Shown here: piece after piece, positions 34,060 through 45,856 of the stretch
How the letters are laid out: every line of letters starts with the position of its first letter
Numbering within the stretch: position 1 is the stretch's first letter
Assembly: GCF_006345805.1 (NCBI RefSeq)
Contig: NW_021835962.1
Span: forward strand, 124,001 to 188,000
Direction of reading: 5' to 3'
DNA length: 64,000 nt
From: Octopus sinensis
Lineage: Eukaryota
Position numbers and translations under genes: made by a program
The notes under the pieces: generated by a model
The model's input: only the letters and a program-made list of their open reading frames with translations
What the model was told of the DNA's origin: nothing
Databases searched by the model: none

Positions 34060-34557
34060 TTTTCTATTTTATTATGCTTTCGCATTCCTTTCTGAGAAGG
34101 TTGTCGGTCTCAGATTGAGAACTCCAAAAGATCTGTTTGTCCTTGGTTTGCCAATCTTTGGTCGAGGGATATCCACATCTATTGCGGATAAGAAACGTGA
34201 GTTAATCCTAACTATGGAACAATTTTCCGAACTTGGTGCACATGTGGGACTATTTCTCACTAAAAACTATCTTTTTGTCACTTATTTTGTCAATTCTGTT
34301 CTTTTCCCTCTTGTGAACATTTCAAACTGACTGAATTTTCTTCTGCCCACGAAATTTGGAGTGTATCTGGTCTAGTCATCCACGAGCTGGATCATTTACA
34401 AAGAAGTTGAGATTCTATTCGAAGTAAAGAGATCGTGGAATGTTTGAAAACAAAGGCCGATCAAATCAAACTCGCCTTCATTAACGCAGCTGCGGAACTA
34501 CATTCAGAAGACAGGTTAAATTCCGTCCTACTATCTTTAGCCGGTTTACTCTTGGAT
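34060..34557 (+). mobile_element. Degenerate CRE fragment (post-RT region)
   Basis: LFVLGLPI..DKKREL..QFSELGAHVGLFLTKNYLF parallels LEILGAPI..DIDPHPAFFILKNFLL of CRE2. Confidence 0.55.
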
Positions 34558-35500
34558 GATCAAATCAAATCAAATCAAAATTTATTCCAAAGACCACCGT
34601 TAACCAAAAGAAAAAACTAACTAGGTGATCCCGACGAATTTGATCATTGCTCTCAGTTTCGCTCTGTGCTGCTCTCTTGAGCCCACACAAGATCGTTGAG
34701 GACGGATCGTTTCTTTATACCATTGATGCCCTTTTGTATTCTTCTCAATGAGAGTTTCGAAGGAGATTGGTGGTTTGATAGCTTCACCTGTATACCACCT
34801 TTCGGTAAGTGTGAAAGCTCTTTTCTGGGTTGCGGAGATTTTACGGATGTTTGTATTCGAAATCAGTGACCCCCATGAGGCACAAACATATGAGATACAT
34901 GGTTCAATATACTGTGAGTAGAGTGTTTTAAGTATAGGGTGATTTCCCATTTTCCATAGACCAGTTAGGCATTTCAGGAGGTTGATTTTCTTTTCACATT
35001 TGTTCAGCACATTTGTGACATGTTTAGAGAAGTTCATGTGCGTGTCATAAGTTAATCCCAATATCTTTTGCCATTTGCTGAAAGGTAATACTCTTCCCTC
35101 CACAACACCTTCGATTGAAGTTTTCGATAGTCTTTTGGCTGAGGAGTAGAGAGTTGTGACAGATTTTTCTGTGTTGATCGACATCCGGTTTACGTTAAAC
35201 CACTCAACTAGGTGATCCAGGTTTTGTTGTAACCTTCCTTTTGCTGTTTGGATGTTCTGGTCCCGTGATGCCAATACAATGTCATCTGCATAGGCCAGAA
35301 GCAGATCGTCATCGCCATTAGGCGTCGGAATATCGGCCGTAAACAAATTGAATAGGAAAGGTGATAATGGTGAGCCCTGGGGTACACCATGAGTCAGTTT
35401 GAATTGGTACCTGTCTACGAATCGAAATCTCTTTATGCCAATACCACTTGTACAAGTGCGGAAAGTTGATAGGCTCCGATGGTCTCCACAAAAACACCAA
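34558..35500 (-). mobile_element. 5'-truncated APE-type LINE (RT C-terminal half) with (TTTGA)n tail
   Basis: GVPQGSPLSPFLFNLFTADIP..YADDIVL..LGLTYD..KHV..IEPCISY..W. AATAAA is followed by TTTGA repeats at 34558-34580. Confidence 0.88.
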
Positions 35501-37059
35501 TTTGGCAGATTTGCTTATAAAACTAATTAAGAAAATTTCAGAATTATTTCACACGTTTCATCACATACACCTTGACTCATTTTTTTCCTTAGTAGAGTTG
35601 ATTTAGTAAATACACCAGTTGCAGTAGAAACTACAGTAAACACAAATATTGCTGGCTGTCCTTCATTAAGACCTCAAAACCGTGTTTTTTATGACCAATG
35701 CATAATGATAATAATATAAACACGCGATTTAAATGATGTAAAAGTATCATATTTATCATTATTTTATAAAATCTTTAATTATTATATCAGTTTAGTCTAA
35801 AATTTTTTTGTTTATTTATTCACCAGTTTTCTCACTAAAGTCAAATAATATTAGTTAAATAGGTTTTTGCAAAAATAGATTATTTAAACAGATATTTTCT
35901 TACAATAAAATTAAGTTACCCGTCAATGCCAGTCTTTGTTCCTTTGATTTACATTCAGGATAAGAAAAATCTAGACTTTGTTTAAAATCCGATTTTATTA
36001 AGTAGAAACGCCCAAATCCGACTATAAATACTGCCAATATTATTTAGACTTTGACGAACACAAATGGCAGGAGTTAACCCCAACTGTAATTGTATGAGAA
36101 TTCCATGTAAATGGCAAAACGAGGATAATTTAGGTATGAGATCCAAACAGTACAATCGGGAGTAGATATGTACAAACAGAGCAACATGCACAGCTATTCA
36201 GTACCAAAGAAGAATAGAGAAATGATTCTCAGCAGTCTTACTTTAGACTCTAAAGTAAGATGGAATCGCAGGGGATGTAATCAAAATGAGCAACACTTTC
36301 AAAGTGATTGGAATATTCAGAGGAATAATTACTGCGTAATACGAAACGACTATTTGAGTGATCCGGACTACCACAACATTTGTTTGATTCATTTGAAAAT
36401 GATTTTATTTAGATGTTCTTAATGAATCTCGAACATACACAGCTTATTTATTAAATACGGTAATACCAGAAGAAAAACGAATTTATAACGTAATTCCAAA
36501 TTTGAATGGTTTTTTAAAAGTAATTTTACATTTCTATTAGATGGACATTTAAGAAATGTCAAAAAAGGTGTTTTTTTAATTAATATAAAACTTTTTTAGA
36601 CGATCCTCCAGATTTTAGCATTGATTGGTTTCTCAAAAAATAGTTTTAGTTTTGATTACTTGCTTTTTTAATAGTTTTATTGATTTCGTTAAATACTTTT
36701 TAAACTCACTTTGCGTTATTGATATTTATAATTTGAGTTATTTAGCTTTTTATGAAATAAATTATCAATATGATTTATTTGTATTAAGAATATACGAATT
36801 AAAAAGAAATAGATACGTGTCTACAAAAATTAGTACAAAATTCCAAAAAGATTTAAATAAATAAACAATTTTAAAATCCTTACCATTAAAAAAACCGGGA
36901 CTGCTTATTTTATGTAATACAGCTCGCTAATTTTAATGCACATCATTCAACAAGGACAAAGCGTAAGAAAAATTGAACGAGCGCATAGACTAGGGCTTGC
37001 TAACATGTTTAAAAATGAATAATTTGCCTCTGAGCCGTGCTTGGCCGAAACTTATGTTT

Positions 37060-37330
37060 TTAAGCAGCTGGTCGCCACTGTGAGGATTGGAATCTGCCTA
37101 CCTCTGGGTTCACTTGTATCGCCCAAACATAAATGTCGATGAACTTGATTAACACTCTTCTTTCTGTCACGGAATTGGACGCTTTCCCCGTTACTTCGTA
37201 ATTCCGGATTTCACACAAAGATTTCACTTGATCTTTGCAAAAACGGCAGAAGACCAGACAGTATGACGACCTTTCCTTTCAATGGAAAAATTGTCTGATT
37301 TGGAACGTCCAGAACATAAGAGAATCACTC
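37060..37330 (+). mobile_element. Degenerate CRE endonuclease fragment
   Basis: VRIGICLPLG..KHKCR and NGRRPDSMTTFPF. The DNA is similar to 17730-18030. Confidence 0.6.
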
Positions 37331-37393
37331 GAAAGTCCCGGAATTCTATCCAAAGAGGCCAAAAGCAAGAAAATAATTTTAAAAACTGTAGAG

Positions 37394-37924
37394 CAGGGGT
37401 GTCAAACATGCGGCCCTCAAAAGACATAGGTGTAGCCCTCAGCGTACTTTGGCAAACATAAGTGCGGTCTGATTTAATGGCTATAAAATACAAAAAATTA
37501 TTTTTTATTTTTTTATATTTAATTAAAATTTTTAATGATAATAGAATTAAAATGAAATAATTCGTTATCAATTTAATTGTATTGTATTTTTAAATCGTGT
37601 TTGTCAATGTCGCGTGCTTCTTCTGGAATAAAAAAGAAACGGTGCTTGAAAGATGAACGGAAAGTGTTTCAAGATAAATGGTAACTTCTCTATTTTTGCA
37701 CAAGGGTCGATGGAAAAATACATTGTTTGATATGTAACAAGTTTATCGCTATACCGAAAGAATACAACCCAAAGAGGCATTATCAATCTAATCATCTATC
37801 ATACAATTATTTCGAACGTATTAAGTTGTTTATTAACCAAGAAGGTCCAATTCGCGTTTCAAAGCTAAATGAATTGCGAAAAAATTTATCTGCGTTACAG
37901 GCTCATTTCACAAAAAGTCATAAC
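37394..37924 (+). mobile_element. hAT (SPIN/GTF2IRD2-like) 5' end with zf-BED remnant
   Basis: TIR-like CAGGGGTGTCAAAC at 37394. KRCLKDERKVFQDKW..CLIC..KEYNPKRHY. Confidence 0.75.
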
Positions 37925-39164
37925 TAGAGCAACATTTTTATTGACTTAAAAAAAATAAAAATTGCCCTTAAAAAGTCAATGTAATTGACCTTAAAATTTT
38001 AAAAATTGACCAAATAATTGACCGTAAAAATACTACTTTATTTTCATATATAAACTACGTTTATGAAAATTTAAAGTAATTTTATTCATCGTTTATCGAG
38101 TTATTTACAATTAAGTAATATTTTACATTATCCACTTTAAAATTCCTATCCTTGGTTAAGATATTGTTAAGAATCGAAAATGATCGTTCTACTGCGCAAT
38201 ATGTTGCCTGGCATTCAATCAACAAAGAATAATCTAAAGGTGAAATGGAATGATCATCGAAATTCATAATTTTTGTGATATCATTGGAATTCATCCTTTT
38301 GATAATATAATTTTTTATTCCACACACGTCTTCTCTAAAATCCAATGTTTTCAAATAATTGAATGCTTTTTTTATAGTAAAATTGGTCGATTCTAAATCA
38401 TCAAGCAAATGTAATAAAGGTGAATATTGTGATATTATCGTCGTTAGATCTTCATGAACTTGTTCATTAAATAAACATTCTTTCGCTCTTTTAATGAGCA
38501 AAGAATTTCCTTCTAAGGAAATGCATACTTGAATAACATTTGGCAGGTTTGTAGCATAGTAAGAAACAACTTTAATTTCTCAATTTATAGAGCGGAATGT
38601 TTGCGGATACAAATGCTTCTGTTACGTCTGTTGCAAAATTTCTGAAGACATAATTTGGAGGAACAATATTCAATTGTTTTTTATTTGTGGATATATTATT
38701 TGTTCGGGAAGAGTGTTTCTGTGTTTCCCTGTGTTTTTTCACAAAAAATTGTTTCTTGCATGTCACATGTAACTCACATAATTTACAAAAAAAGCATTCC
38801 ATTTGGTGTAATTGTAAACTCTTTAGGATATTTTTCACAAATATTTTTAGCTTTTTTAAAATTCGAAGGTTTATTTTTAGGCATAAGTACACTATAATTT
38901 AGTTTAAAATTTGTTACAATAAGAGACAAATGTCACTGCGACTATTTTAAATTTATTTTGATGCTTTAAATAATATTATTTAAATTTTTATTTAAAAATT
39001 GACCTAATTAAAAAAATTGACCTGAAAATCTAAAAAGTTGACCAAATTGACCTAAAGAACTTTTTATATAAACATTTTTTTGACTTTATTTTAATTTAAT
39101 CATTATTTTTAGACTTAAGTCTAACTCTGGATTGAAGTTGACTTTATTGACTTATGTTGCCCTA
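37925..39164 (-). mobile_element. Internally deleted hAT-like element with a CGGBP1-type zinc finger
   Basis: Inverted termini TAGAGCAACAT / ATGTTGCCCTA with many subterminal TTGAC(C/T) repeats. ORFs FCKLC..KKH..TQKH..AFVSANIPLYKLRN and AVERSFSILNNILTKDR. Confidence 0.75.
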
Positions 39165-39904
39165 CTAATAACTCTTTCTCGCCCTGCTTTGAAAGAGGGA
39201 GCAAGCTACTCGACTTGATATACAAAATTGACCAGAAAGTGGTAAGACAGGTCTTAGCAATGTTGAGAAAAGGCAACTGACAAATCCCAGTCTAATCTGA
39301 GTTGTCTTAATAGTCCTGCCTATTCTCACAAGAGACGGTTCTCAACTCCATGAAGTGGGACTTCTATAAATCTGCTCGCGACATACTCGCGAGAATTGAG
39401 AGACAACTTTGTTGTAAAAATGGAGAAAACACCGATTGTGGACTCCTTCGTTGAGTAATATAGAACAGGACAACAACTTTGTTCTAGGATTGACGGAGGA
39501 GAACGTGTTTTTCCACCAATTAGAATTCGGAAGAAGGGAAGGAGATTTCCAAAATTCGGTCGTTATCATAAAGTTTGTTAATGAAAGTGATCCTATCGGT
39601 AATCTAAGCCAACAGTAAAGGTTGAAGTTCTAAGACTTGTTGGTTGTGTGGAAAAATGGAGTGATGTAATTTGAATTTTGCTGGTTAAATTGACTCATGC
39701 ACGCATTTGTTTATAAATCCCACTTTTCATGCCAACCTAGATTGCTTATTTATATTATACTAATTGACAAAAATTGAGTATTTTTTGTCACTGTCTATCC
39801 AATAAACCACGCCGTTGAATAGACCGACTACTTTTCATTAAAATAAAATATAATTTTTATGAAATAGATGACCATCGAATTATTAATAGTTAATATCTTG
39901 CAAC

Positions 39905-40610
39905 TAGATGCGTGCTGAATAGCTCATATCTTAGACGGCATAACGAAGTAGTCAGATGTATTCACTTACATCTCTGTCGTCAGTATGGAATAAGGAAAAC
40001 TAAGAGACTAAAGACACACTCAGTTCAATCTGTTGTTAGCAATGAATTTGTGGAGATTCGTGTGGATACTACGATTAATACGGATACAGCTGTGGCGAAT
40101 AACAAACATGATATATTTGTCCATGACAAAGCGAGGAATACAATCACTCTTATCGAAGTTGGGATTACTTCGCAAAATTGCCTCAAGCACGTCGAGGTTG
40201 AGAAGTTCCACAAATATGACTTATTGGCAAATTAACTTGAAGCAATTCATCACGCAAAAGTGAAAGTAATCCCTGTTGTAATGACCTGGGATGGAATTGT
40301 CTCAAGATTTTTCAAGGGTCATCTTGATGTCCTCAAGCTGGAAGAAAGAGTGAGAGCATATATTCAGACTGTGGTTCTGAGGAAGACATTGGAGAGCATG
40401 CAGGCTGAAGAGAGGCATGGTATATCGATACCTAGTGAGGAGAAAGCTGAAACGGAATGTCAACCAAGGGCAGCCTCAGAATGTGGAGTGTGCTTCGACG
40501 AGAACACACCCATACGGTCACTGGATTATGGGCCCAAAAAGAGAAGATTAAGCTAATTAATTACTTTAACATGGATTTTTATTTTTCAATTCAATAAATA
40601 ATTACTAGTA
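39905..40610 (+). mobile_element. 3' end of an R4/Dong-like RLE retrotransposon
   Basis: YLRRHNEVVRCIH..VDT..DIFV..LIEVGIT..EKFHKYDLLAN, frameshifted into VIPVVMTWDG. Followed by AATAAA and an A-run. Confidence 0.85.
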
Positions 40611-40613
40611 AAA

Positions 40614-41629
40614 AAAGCTAATCAATGCCAGATGTAGTCTGCTACGATATTTTAATTAATTCGTCAATCATTAGTTAATTCTAGCAAATAAGCTGTTTTT
40701 ATTTTAATCCAGATCATTTGAATGTTTTTATATCTCTGTTTAACATTTTCCCATATCTCAGTAAACGTTTGATTCTGCTCTTATATTAGAATAAACGTGT
40801 TTTTCTAAATTCACCGTTTGTGACAGATACTTTCTATTCAGATCTACTGACCACCTACGTCAACGTATAATCATACTAAATAAAAAAGCACTTCGTTTTT
40901 TATCATTGTCATCAAGGGACTACAAGGAGGTTGAAGAGCCCAATGATCACGAGTCTGATATTAGACAACATCTGACTTTTTCTAGTTGATTTTTAATTAA
41001 TATTATTTTATATTTAATTTTAAACATCCAATATTGTATTTAATCTAGCAAAATATATTTTTAGAAAAAGAAATTTTCAAAGTAAACAAATTCCGAGATT
41101 CATTATTATTATTCATGTGTTGTGTTGAAAGTAAAAAAAATTCCAGTTTTAATGGAAATTCGCCACAATTTTTCAAAATTCAAAATTAAAATTTTGATTA
41201 TCAATATGCATTGTCGCAGTAAATAGAGGTACCGGGATTCAAAATTCAAAATTATTAATTCAAAAATTGGTAAATAATACGTTTTTTAAAAAAGGCCCAC
41301 CGTCGTTTTAGTATTATAGTAAATATAGTGCGACCTCGATTCGGGGAAAACCAAGTAGCGGAAAAACCTCTTTTTTGCTTTTGAAAAAATATTTTCCCTA
41401 TCTCTATTAAATACGATGATTTTTAATGAAATAGACCTAAGGGGAAAATTTTTGTATTATCATAAACGATTTATTGAGATATTTCTAAAATTTTTGATTT
41501 ATTATTATTTATTGTAACTTGTTTTCTCATATTAGTAATTAATTGTCAATTTATTTTTTTCAAAACAAAGTAATTAATAATTTAAAAATTTTTTTAACCT
41601 GGTAATTTAGTTAGTTAACTAATTTTTTT
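40614..41629 (+). repeat. Rep-A copy, near-identical to 543-1522
   Basis: Colinear over about 1 kb. It has 35 extra bp at about 41543-41577 bounded by the direct repeat AGTAATTAA. Confidence 0.93.
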
Positions 41630-41800
41630 GATTAAGATTCTGAAAATAAAAAAAGTCCGGAACCAAAGACAAGCTCGATCCGCGAGCATTGCCAGATAAC
41701 GGTGAGATCCAGACTAAAAGAATAGCTTGAGCTTTGCCGCCCATGATTATAATTAAGATCCCCTGTCTCAGCCAAGAGGATTTGCGTTCATCCAGGTTAA
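41630..41800 (-). mobile_element. Degenerate CRE 3' end
   Basis: Minus-strand DERKSSWLRQGILIIIMGGKAQAI resembles DPREGVWLRQRIGIAILRGNSLSI. The T7 at 41623-41629 would be its A-tail. Confidence 0.5.
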
Positions 41801-42149
41801 CTAATTAACATGCTAAAAAATTAAAATGCCTAAGTTTAAGAGATTTTTTGTAATCTCAGGTCAAAAGGTTTCCCAAACAATGGGCCAACCTTAAAACTTA
41901 TTGCATGTAGAATTGTGTATAAAAATTTAAATCATGATTTCACAGTTTCTAATTGATGGCCTTACAGATTTAAGAAACAATTCGAGTTCACAGTACGGCT
42001 TTGTGCTGACAGTCCTGTTTTTGTAAGAAAAGCACTGTTTTCCTAAGCCTTCTCTTTTTCAAAATGAAAGATGGGAGATTGGTCAGATCCTCTACGTTCT
42101 CCCTGACATTACATTTAAAATCTCGAACGGTCAAAAATTTTAAAAACTC

Positions 42150-42660
42150 ATATAATTGATTTGAAGTTTTAAAAATAAACTCATGATTCAATTATTTTAC
42201 CACACTTTCTATGCTAAACTAAGAGTCGCTTTTATCTGGTTTGTCATGGTATGTTTTTCTTGCCATGTAGCCTTTTGCAATAGTATGAAATCAGGGTGTA
42301 TAGAGGGATATGCATATGGCCACGTGACCATTTTTATGTTACTTTTAAATTATAAGTAATCAATGACAGTTGTAGTCTGCTACAAAATCTTTAGTTAATT
42401 CTAGCAAATGAGTTTTTTTTATCCATTAATAACAAAATGGGATATCGAACAATTATTGTCAGTATTATGTTTATGATAGATATGTAGCCTGGGGGATTGC
42501 CAAACTGTTTCCCCGGATAATGGCGATCGAGAACCGTTGCATTAGCCAGTCCGCCTCCCGAGGATCATGGGTGCGCATTGAGATTTTGGCTCCGAGCTTG
42601 CGAAGGAAGAGTTGTTTTTATTTTAATCCATATCATTTGAATCTTTTTATATGCACATTT
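42150..42660 (+). repeat. Rep-A copy interrupted by a short CRE insertion
   Basis: Homologous to 296-350 and 25470-25630. Confidence 0.85.
42415..42608 (-). mobile_element. 194-bp 5'-truncated CRE insertion with A-tail and GAGTT TSD
   Basis: Minus strand reads FLRKLGAKISMRTHDPREADWLMQRFSIAIIRGNSLAI. GAGTT lies at 42410-42414 and 42609-42613. The empty site is visible near 25589. Confidence 0.88.
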
Positions 42661-43290
42661 CTAATGAAAAAAAATCACGAAACAGAGCTACAAAATTTTG
42701 AAAATGAAGTGGGAAAGTACAAACACGAAGTCCAAATCTATGCATCTGTAAAGATGCTAGGGCGAAAGATGAAATCTGAAAACCTATCAGTTCACGATGA
42801 ACTTGGAAGAACCATTTACAACAACCAGGCACAGAAACTATTGCCGACCACTTTGAAAAATATTTCAATTTTGAAAACGAAGAAAAGCATTGTCCTTTCG
42901 GTGAAGCGTCCAGAAATCTATCACAAGAAATTACTTGATGCCAGGAATAATATCCCCATTCATATTACAAAAGTCATCTTCGAAGATGACATAGATCTCA
43001 CTGCAACAGACCACCAATTAGAAGGTATTATGGACAAATTGGCCAACACATTTGAAAAATCATTCCTAAAACTTAATACTGGGAAAACAGAATACACTAT
43101 AGTGAGGCGATGCGAACAACAACACGAGGAAAAATGAAGATATATAAAGAAACTTGGCACTCTCTTAGGAGATACAGAAGATATGATACAAAGAAAATCA
43201 CTAGCAACTTTTGCGCTTAAAAGATTAAACAACGTATAGTTTTAGTTAACCAAATTTCTGCGTCTTTAAAAATCAAACTATACAATATGT
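42660..43290 (+). mobile_element. Internally deleted RTE-like LINE fragment
   Basis: FEDDIDL..LKLNTGKTEYT..KKLGTLLGDTED..RKSLATFAL, the same family as 8527-8950. Confidence 0.65.
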
Positions 43291-43739
43291 TTGTACGTTT
43301 TTTAATATCTCTTCAAAATTTTCCCAGACCACAGAATGTTCGATTCTGTTCTAATATTACTAATCGTTTCTTTTCCATATTTATTAATTTGTGACAGCTT
43401 TATTTAAGTCTTTAGAAAAAGAATTTCGCGTTTTCCTTAACATAAGTTGCAAATTTTGCAAACTACCCTGTGCAAATAATTACTTTATTTAACAGACGTC
43501 GGAAAGTAAGTTGCTATGTTTTTCAAAGATTATATTTAGATTCTTTATTATCGATTAGACCGAGAAATTAAATAAAAGCCTCAATAAACTTTATTGTCTT
43601 TTCAGCATTGTTTTTTACTACATTTTCAATTTTCACAACACTTGTTTAGGGTAGACTTTAACCAGACTTTTGAACATTCCAATTGAAATCGATAAAATGA
43701 AAGTTCCATCTAAAATTCGGTCACCTCTAAATTGCATTT

Positions 43740-44204
43740 TTATCCCAAATTGACGTTGTTCCATTTTTCCAAATATGGACGTTACGGTTGATTATATATA
43801 AATAGTCGGAATGTTTTTACTCTGAAGTGTCAAAAGTTTTCGTGTTTTTATTTAATCTTTAACTTAAATTTTTAGGTGAATTTTTCTAGTTCGTACAGTA
43901 ATCAAGTTATTTTTTGGTTTATTTTCTTTATTTTTTAGCTTAAAAAATCGGCCTAGTTATTATAATTGATTTGAAATTTGAAAAATGAACTTCCATGCAA
44001 ATTGAATTTTTTGGTGTTAAAAAAGAGGCTTTTCCTTTTTATGCCCCAAGCGACCCTCAGTGGTTGCATTTACATCCTCCATATTTGTTTCATAACCTAT
44101 TTGTCTTTACTTGTAGCATTTTACAGTTGCATGAAAGCAGGGTTTATAGACTGCTATCTATATGGCCATATGGCCATTGATAGTTTACTTTAAATTATAA
44201 GTAA
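43740..44204 (+). repeat. Rep-A copy cut by a Helitron
   Basis: Near-identical to 25800-26160 up to TTATAAGTAA, where the Helitron end begins. Confidence 0.88.
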
Positions 44205-45829
44205 CTAGCTCAGCAGTTCGCTTCGCTCACTGCGAGCTAGCTCCTGCGGAGGCCCTGCTCGCTACGCTCGCAGTTTCCTTAAATAACTATAAATTTATGT
44301 AGATATATAAATGCGACCTGCTTTGATATAACCTTATTCTAAGGCCTGTGGATAAACGATGTTTGCAGTCCGTCCATCCTTGGCAAATATAAATAAATTT
44401 CTCTTCTACCTACCCTTGAGCACCCCACATACAGCTGGCCATGTGAAAAGCACTCGTTCTCTAAAAATAAGCCTACTACCTTTAAAGACTGTCCCTGGGC
44501 CTTGTTTATTGTCATAGCAAAACTTATCTTCAGCGGAAATTGTAGTCTCTTAAATCTATCGCAGGCCCTTTCATGGTCCATAATAACGTCGACCGATTTA
44601 TATATTCTTTCTCTGCCAGGGATTTTCATTAATAAATCTAAATTTATATTAAGTACCTCATCATTAAGTGGAGCTAATATAGCTCGTTCACGCAGCCAGT
44701 CGAAATTCACGTAGTGTTCAGATAGTTCGGAATAGACGGCATTCAATAATTCTTCTGCTGTTTCTACGAAAATACATAATTCTTCCGGTAGCCTAATTTT
44801 CTGGTCGTGCATTTCTGAAGTGATTGCCCCATTTCCAATATCTAGAAGGATTTGTGGGAATATGCTATTAACGCCTTGTAAATGTGCATGTACATTTACA
44901 TCTAAGCTTACCTTTTTCACGTGTGTCCACAAATATGACGATTTGAGGCAGGCATTCAATTCATCCGCAGGCGTCCCTCTTTGAATAATTGGCAGCGTCT
45001 GTCTAAAATCACCTGCCAATACAACTAATGCTCCCCCAAACAAATGGTCGCTACAATTCTTGATATCTCTATATGTTCGGTCAACTGCTTGAATGCGCCT
45101 TTATGAGCCATCGTACATTCATCCCAAACAATTAACCTAGAATGCATAATTCTATTACCCGTAGTTGAGTCTAACAGCAGTCCTGACCTTGTTCAGCTGT
45201 TGTCTAAGTTCCCTCACCATTTAAGCACATCTTCCCTCGTTTCTCTTTTTTTGTTATATGGTTCATATTCTCTTGTTTGTTAACATTCTCAGATCTCTCT
45301 TTATAGGACATTCTTATGATTTTGTAAACGCGAATCAGTAATTTATATTAAATTTTCTACGTAAATTTATTTAGTGAAATTTATGTAAAGTGTATTATCC
45401 AATCAAAGCCATTATACTTAATTGCCTCTATGTTTAAAGGAATTGAAACTTTAGCATAATCGAACTTGTCTGTTTCGGTAAAGAAAATGATAATCAGCTT
45501 CATCTTTGTAGTATTATAAGGAAAAAAAATTAAAGCCTGTTAAATCAAGGAGATTTAAATATAGGCAAATTGAAATTTACATGACTAATTTAAATTTTAT
45601 TTGCCTCTATCTTTTAAGAAATCTAAACAGTAGCATAATCGAATTTGTCAGTTTCGGCAGTTAAAAAGAATCAATTATGTAAATCTCTAATAATTTTTGC
45701 TTTTTCCTTTTTAGTGGTTTTCAAAATCTGATAATTGCACAGTCTATTCATGGTCGATAACAATTAGAGCTTTTATTTTATTTTTTAACGAAAATTTAAC
45801 AAAAAAGAATTTATGTCATCGAAAAAAGA
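44205..45829 (-). mobile_element. Internally deleted Helitron with PIF1 helicase remnant
   Basis: LIVWDECTMAH, FGG..V.LAGDFRQTLP, QFPLKISFAMTINKAQGQS, FSHGQLYVGCSRV. The 3' end is hairpin + CTAG followed by T at 44205. The putative 5' TC at 45829 is followed by a Rep-A-like continuation (5' end less certain). Confidence 0.85.
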
Positions 45830-45856
45830 TAGCTAAGCTAATTAATGGCCTCACGA

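Noticed and set aside
35900-36560. Coding-like stretch with candidate micro-introns
   Set aside because: Every frame has multiple stops and no family was recognised. At most an unidentifiable pseudogene.
42520-43137. 205-aa ORF as a real gene
   Set aside because: Chimera of antisense CRE insert, Rep-A and an RTE-like fragment.
25955-44180. Similar 61-aa ORFs at 25955-26140 and 43995-44180
   Set aside because: They lie in Rep-A, use non-ATG or internal starts, and the frame is not kept in the other copies.
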